A program made the position numbers and the translations under genes. Shown piece by piece: positions 59,837 to 64,000 of a DNA stretch of 64,000 nucleotides; the stretch's first letter is position 1, and each line of letters opens with the position of its first letter. This stretch comes from Nitrospiraceae bacterium. Lineage in GTDB: Bacteria; Nitrospirota; Nitrospiria; Nitrospirales; Nitrospiraceae. Under the pieces are notes generated by a model that saw only the letters and a list, made by a program, of their open reading frames with translations, was not told where the DNA came from and ran no database searches. The DNA is taken from NCBI GenBank assembly GCA_050246315.1, contig JBFWWG010000003.1:128001-192000 (forward strand), in the 5' to 3' direction.

Positions 59837-59850
59837 GTCCTCCCCCGTCC

Positions 59851-59859
59851 TGTTACAAT
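59851..59859 (+). promoter_or_regulatory. Extended -10 element of mtnA (probably leaderless)
   Basis: TGtTACAAT ends 7 nt before ATG 59867; no SD. Confidence 0.55.
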
Positions 59860-59866
59860 CGCCTCC

Positions 59867-60886
59867 ATGGTTCCGACGGTGGAATGGAAAGACGGCGTCG
59901 TCCGCCTGCTGGATCAAACCAGGCTCCCGCTCCACGTAAACTTCCTCGACTGCAAGGACTACTTTGCCGTCGCTCAAGCCATACGAGAACTCCGCGTGCG
60001 CGGAGCTCCCGCCATCGGCATCACCGCCGCGATGGGAGTGGCCCTTGGAGCTCAGGCCCTCCTAGCCTCCGGATTCGACCGGTTTCGGGGAGAACTCTGG
60101 ACCATTTGCGACCATCTGGCTGCGACAAGGCCGACCGCCGTCAATCTCTTCTGGGCCATCGAGCGGATGAAGCGGGTAGTGGATCGACACCAGGGCAAAC
60201 CGATTCCCGATATCAAACGGGCCTTGATCGAAGAATCTCAAGCGATCCTCGAAGAAGATATCCAAATGTGTAAAGACATTGGACATCACGGTTCTTCGTT
60301 GATCGAGAGCGGTCAGACCATCCTGACCCACTGCAACGCCGGCGCGCTCGCGACCGGGGGATATGGGACTGCGCTGGGAGTCGTCCGCGCGGCCTGGGAA
60401 CAGGGGAAAAAGATTCGCGTGATCGCCGACGAAACCAGGCCGGTGCTTCAGGGGGCCAGGCTCACGGCCTGGGAACTCATGCAGGACGGCATTCCCGTCA
60501 CGTTGATCACCGACAACATGGCGGGCGCCTTGATGAGGCAGGGCAGGATTGACCTCTGCGTGGTCGGCGCCGACCGCATCGCCGCGAACGGGGATGTCGC
60601 CAACAAGATCGGGACCTACTCCGTCGCGGTGCTGGCCAAAGCCCACAACATTCGATTCTATGTCGCAGCCCCGTCATCCACCATCGATTTGAACACCGCA
60701 TCGGGCGACAAGATTCCGATCGAGGAGAGGAATACGGAGGAAGTGCGGACCGCGCTCGGCAGCACACACCTCGCGCCACCAGAGGTCGAGGTCTACAATC
60801 CCGCCTTCGACGTCACTCCGGCCGACCTCATCACCGGCATCATCACGGAGCGGGGAGTGGTGGAGCCCTCACGGCTCGTGCCCTAG
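59867..60886 (+). CDS. mtnA: S-methyl-5-thioribose-1-phosphate isomerase
   Basis: [59 protein letters not shown]. Confidence 0.97.
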   Translation: MVPTVEWKDGVVRLLDQTRLPLHVNFLDCKDYFAVAQAIRELRVRGAPAIGITAAMGVALGAQALLASGFDRFRGELWTICDHLAATRPTAVNLFWAIERMKRVVDRHQGKPIPDIKRALIEESQAILEEDIQMCKDIGHHGSSLIESGQTILTHCNAGALATGGYGTALGVVRAAWEQGKKIRVIADETRPVLQGARLTAWELMQDGIPVTLITDNMAGALMRQGRIDLCVVGADRIAANGDVANKIGTYSVAVLAKAHNIRFYVAAPSSTIDLNTASGDKIPIEERNTEEVRTALGSTHLAPPEVEVYNPAFDVTPADLITGIITERGVVEPSRLVP

Positions 60887-60946
60887 CCGCGGGTGATCTC
60901 GATAACTGGAATTTCTCTCCTTTCGAGGTATCTGCGGCTGTGACAG

Positions 60947-61027
60947 ATGTTAAAGTTGAGACCTGACCCTTTCTACTCTCTTTCTACTCTTTCTCTTTCT
61001 TTGACTTTCTACTCTTTCTACTTTCTA
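60947..61027. repeat. REP-like motif (AGACCTGACCC) followed by reiterated CTTTCTACT units
   Basis: CTTTCTACT at 60969, 60980, 61005 and 61014, plus a partial copy at 61021. Confidence 0.65.
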
Positions 61028-61099
61028 TGTTGGTCTGTCGGCCCCGATCTAGCCGGAGGGATGGTCGAAACGGTCGATCAGCTCCACCACCGCGTGTGA

Positions 61100-61438
61100 T
61101 CAGTAGGCGTTGTGCGGCACTTGTACCTGATACTCGTGAGCCAACTGATCGGCTTTCTGGGCCTGTAGCGCATAGGTTCTGGCCAGGTCTTGACTCTGTC
61201 TTGCTGCCTCGGAATCCGAACCCAGCGCTTGGGCTCGCATCTCCGCCTCACGAGCGTAGCGGTCGGCCATGACGTTCAGCTCGGCTGCCTGCTGACGATA
61301 ATGAAACATCAGATCCTGCATGCAGTGATGATCCGCTCCACAAGCCGCTCGTACGGCATCAGGCCCTTCACTCGAACAGGCGGCTACGAGGCCGACCAGA
61401 CAAAGCAGTGCACCCGAGGCCAAATAGCGGGATATCAT
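61100..61438 (-). CDS. Hypothetical helical lipoprotein
   Basis: Lipobox VAAC; CGADHHC; Ala/Gln-rich helices; RBS AGGAGGTG. Confidence 0.8.
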   Translation of the reverse strand: MISRYLASGALLCLVGLVAACSSEGPDAVRAACGADHHCMQDLMFHYRQQAAELNVMADRYAREAEMRAQALGSDSEAARQSQDLARTYALQAQKADQLAHEYQVQVPHNAY

Positions 61439-61774
61439 CGTGCACCTCCTGATTCCGACCAGTGAGATCGCCCAGCATCAAGACTCCTACCAGCGCGGCG
61501 CGCCGATAGGAGTCATCAGCCGGACATCCCGGCGTACTCAGGTGAATCCCATCACATCTATTCTGCTCTAGTTCAATTCACCAACTCTTATAGCCTTTAT
61601 CCGCTTTTCTCAGAAGTCATCACCTTTCCTCAAGAGCAATCCCTAGGCCGTGACCCTCCCCAACAGAATCAATGCAGTGCTTTCAGTGGTTCGCAATCTG
61701 GAGCTATTTCGCACCGTTCCATCTGTGCGCAAACGCTCCCATAGACATCGTCCTGATTCCAGCGAGGTATGAAC

Positions 61775-61845
61775 AAGGGGAGTAATAGGGGGCAAAGGGG
61801 AGTAATAGGGGGCAAGTAATAGGGGTCATGTCTTGATTCTGACAA
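61775..61845. repeat. Tandem 20-bp duplication plus partial third unit abutting an inverted REP-like motif (GGGTCATGTCT)
   Basis: AAGGGGAGTAATAGGGGGCA x2 (61775-61814), then AGTAATAGGGG, then TCATGTCTTGA. Confidence 0.7.
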
Positions 61846-62173
61846 TACATAGGCATTTCCCTCTGAGATAGTGTCCGGGGTTGAGAGGGGGAAGGGACAT
61901 TCTCTTGCTCCGTTGATCCATCCAGCCGGCTTTGCTCGCATCCCGGCCATGCCTCGCACGTCCAAGCCTCAGTGCGTGGGCGCAACAGCTCGCGCTTCGT
62001 CTGGGGCTTGCCACCATTACTCATGACGATTCGTCACGAAATTGTGGAGCCGGCATGCGAGCCGGTTGCCAGGGGGTGAGTTCGCTCTTGTGTTCGGGGT
62101 CGATTCGGATTACGTTGCGCATGAAACAGCCCATTGACGTCATGAATCTCATCGCTCCTCAGGACGATCTCGT

Positions 62174-62779
62174 ATGGACACGGGCTTCGACTGGATCACG
62201 CGGCATGGCTGTGTCGGGATCTTCCTGCTCCTCATGCTCGGCATCGTCGGGCTGCCAGCACCCGACGAAACGCCGCTCACATTCGTTACCTACTTGAGAT
62301 TAAAAAGTGATCTTGCCCTACTGCCGTCTATGGGGGCCGCCGCTCTTGGCCGCTCGACCGGCATCAGTCTGAACGATGGAATCGGACGGAGCGCCGGCTC
62401 GCATGTGGTGATGACGCTGAGTCTCAAGCTCCATCTCCGTCCTGAGCAGGTTGCCCAAGGACAGGCGTGGCTGTAGCGGTGGAGCAAGTCGGCCCTGAGC
62501 ATCGCCTATTTCGTGCCGGGGGTGCGGTTTTTGACCGCCTGGCTGGTCGGCGCATCGAACCTGCCGTTCGCCACCTTTGCCGCATTGGCCTCTTGTGGCG
62601 CAATCCTGTGGTCGGCCACCTCCATTGCCCTGAGCACCGTTCTCAGGGAAGAATGGCATCGACAGTCTTCCTTGGTGCCTCGCATCGGCGCCATTCTGGC
62701 TGCCGGCCTCGTGTTAGCGATTACCGTGAGATTGCTCATCAAGAGACGGCGCCTTCACTCAGATCCTTCGATCACGTGA
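62174..62779 (+). pseudogene. DedA/SNARE-associated family membrane protein interrupted by an in-frame TAG
   Basis: LGIVGLPAPDET and AYFVPGVR motifs; ORFs 62174-62476 and 62513-62779 share a frame separated only by TAG 62474-62476. Confidence 0.85.
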
Positions 62780-62863
62780 GGAGAAGATAATGGGGAATGT
62801 CCCTGGCCGTACAGGCTCTCCCGAGCGCTACGGGGCGCCGCAGGGACATGCAGGAGCCCATAC

Positions 62864-63865
62864 TTGCTGAGGGGCCGGCCTATACAGTGGCTGGTTCTCG
62901 CGAGCATCGTCTGGACGCCGATTTCCACATGGGCCGATGAGGTGATCACGCGCAACGGTGATCGCCTCACCGGCGAGGTCCTGACGATGGAAGATAATGT
63001 TCTGAGTCTTCACACGGAATACGGCGAGATGAAAATCGATTGGGGAAAGGTCGTCCACGTGACGAGCACCAAACCGATGAAGGTCCGAGTGCTTGGAGAA
63101 AAGAAAGGTCCACTCTCCGATTTCTTCTTGGGCGGGCATGAATTTCGACATGTCACGGAGCTCAGGGAGGATGGCCCGATTCCCTTATCTGACGTCAAAG
63201 GCATCAATATCGGGCACATCCGGCATGACGGCACGGTCACGATCGGGGGCAACCATACGACCGGCAACACCAACACCAAGGCAGTCAACGCCGTGGGCCG
63301 AGTCACGATACAGGCTCATCGGCAGCGACTCTACCTGGAAGGCAAATATAATTATGGAGAGGCCAGTGGTGCAGTGACGGCCCGGAACTGGGCAGGCCAA
63401 TTGAAATATGACTATTTTTTGACCGAGAAAGTATTTCTCAATACCTCCAACATGATTGAACATGACCGGTTTCAAAACCTGCAGCTCCGCACCACACTCG
63501 GCGCCGGCCCGGGATATCAATTTTTCAACACGGATCAGGTCTCTCTCTCCACCGCCGTCGGCCTGGCCTATGTCGACGAAGACTACACAACCGTACCTCA
63601 GACCGAAACACCGTCTGCCCATTTGGGATGGCGGCTTGATTTCACTCTATGGTCTCGATTCAAGTTCTTTCAACGCTTCGATGGCTATTATGACTTGAGA
63701 TACGGCAATGCCATCCGCATCACCTCGGCCCAAGGGGTCCGCGTCCCTATCTATCAGACGCTCTATGTCGCGCTCGAATACGACTACCGGCTGAATACGC
63801 AACCGGCGCCAGGGCGGGTGAAGGGAGATGATTCCTACATCTTCGGCATGGGATTTGAGTTCTAG
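62864..63865 (+). CDS. DUF481 (YdiY-like) outer-membrane beta-barrel protein
   Basis: Signal peptide; NGDRLTG N-terminal domain; GNTN, KYDYF, DRFQNL..R...G.GYQ; C-terminal Phe (GMGFEF). Confidence 0.88.
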   Translation: MLRGRPIQWLVLASIVWTPISTWADEVITRNGDRLTGEVLTMEDNVLSLHTEYGEMKIDWGKVVHVTSTKPMKVRVLGEKKGPLSDFFLGGHEFRHVTELREDGPIPLSDVKGINIGHIRHDGTVTIGGNHTTGNTNTKAVNAVGRVTIQAHRQRLYLEGKYNYGEASGAVTARNWAGQLKYDYFLTEKVFLNTSNMIEHDRFQNLQLRTTLGAGPGYQFFNTDQVSLSTAVGLAYVDEDYTTVPQTETPSAHLGWRLDFTLWSRFKFFQRFDGYYDLRYGNAIRITSAQGVRVPIYQTLYVALEYDYRLNTQPAPGRVKGDDSYIFGMGFEF

Positions 63866-64000
63866 CCCGCATTATTCACGACAACTTCTACTGCAACCGC
63901 CGAGATGCCGCTGCGACAAGGTTGGCCGAACCTAACGGGGGCCTACCGGGCGGGCTCGCCGCCCACTCCCTCGACATACTGTTGCAAGTATGCCTCGGGA

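Noticed and set aside
59867..60886. mtnA as a recycler of by-products from the operon's methyltransferases
   Set aside because: Methyltransferases yield SAH, not MTA, and mtnA seems to have its own promoter
61775..61825. CRISPR array
   Set aside because: Units are directly adjacent with no unique spacers, and no cas genes are present
62864..63865. DUF481 barrel as the outer-membrane exit for the polysaccharide
   Set aside because: Separated from the operon by mtnA and variable cassettes; nothing in the sequence links them

Overview
GC-rich bacterial chromosome segment. Gene order and intergenic repeat style suggest Nitrospira/Nitrospirota (inference, not confirmed). 1-31.8 kb is mostly housekeeping. 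Minus strand: FKBP PPIase, a decayed cupredoxin-like pseudogene, and (in window order) alr-frr-pyrH-tsf-rpsB, argJ-argC, rpsI-rplM, two tandem DUF151 nucleases and a YggX-like protein. These are followed by tRNA-Leu(CAA), a stand-alone exported protein with a near-consensus promoter, tusA-like and rsmI-like genes. Plus strand: ccsA/hemX-hemA-hemC-cobA/hemD-CBS-hemB-ribF-tilS-hpt-ftsH-folP-glmM-comEC. 32.0-59.8 kb is one tightly coupled, roughly 26-gene Wzx/Wzy-type surface polysaccharide operon. It sits behind a sigma-54-type promoter and is led by a small ribbon-helix-helix-like protein and a degenerate HD-GYP protein. It encodes Wza, Wzc, Wzy/ligase, Wzx, 8 glycosyltransferases, 5 SAM methyltransferases, an AsnB-type amidotransferase, an unusual membrane-anchored PHP-like protein, WbqC, a PIG-L deacetylase, a DegT aminotransferase and a WecA/MraY-type initiating transferase. 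59.8-64 kb holds mtnA (probably leaderless), a lipoprotein gene bracketed by inverted REP-like motifs with reiterated flanks, a DedA pseudogene and a DUF481 beta-barrel. No CRISPR array, rRNA, integrase or transposase was seen. All product calls come from motif recognition by eye, not database searches.
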